A stretch of 63,592 nt of DNA, the filler included, from Octopus bimaculoides (Eukaryota): NCBI RefSeq assembly GCF_001194135.2. It is 9 parts of 8 records of this genome, joined end to end, with 100 filler letters (N's around TTAATTAATTAA, not from the genome) between each part and the next. Parts side by side here need not be neighbours in the genome. Positions count along the whole stretch, not along the records: positions 61,144 to 63,592 come from NC_068987.1; 8 more parts are not named here. One strand, written 5' to 3'. Below the pieces are notes generated by a model. That model saw nothing but the letters and a program-made list of their open reading frames with translations. It searched no databases and was not told the origin of the DNA. Position numbers and translations under genes: made by a program. Position 1 is the first letter of the stretch, and each line of letters starts with the position of its first letter. Of this stretch, positions 63,491 to 63,592 are shown in pieces.

Positions 63491-63592
63491 ATGTCAATCA
63501 TCATCATTGTTGTTGTTTAACATCTGCTTTCCATGCTGGCATGGGTTGGACAGTTTGACTGAGAAATGGCAGGCTGGGAGGTTGCACTAGGC

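Overview
Eukaryotic, AT-rich, microsatellite-saturated draft-assembly DNA, most likely octopus. This rests on an 18S fragment with a long GC-rich V2 expansion and on SINE families I recognise as cephalopod-like; the species is not provable from the window. Almost all entries in the ORF track are microsatellite or N-gap artefacts. Supported content: (1) three phase-compatible + strand exons of one host gene (35115-35263, ~37847-38009, 39143-39309); (2) dozens of tRNA-derived SINE copies from about four families (my labels A-D); (3) decayed transposons: a full-length mariner, two Tigger/pogo fragments, a Helitron 3' part, an hATm-like remnant, a Penelope-like RT remnant, an APE fragment, and a stack of R4/Dong-like RLE non-LTR retrotransposons sitting in (TAA)n tracts; (4) a 385-bp 18S rRNA piece that starts exactly at the mature 5' end and splits an old SINE; (5) the main hidden signal, several unrelated short non-coding repeats that each fold as a minimal type I hammerhead ribozyme with a palindromic stem III. 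One has a fully canonical core (57124-57174), two lie in a diverged ~343-bp tandem unit inside the gene's intron (38224-38269, 38674-38730), and two share a variant core (10496-10532, 17495-17531). Folds were paired by eye; no computation or database search was run.
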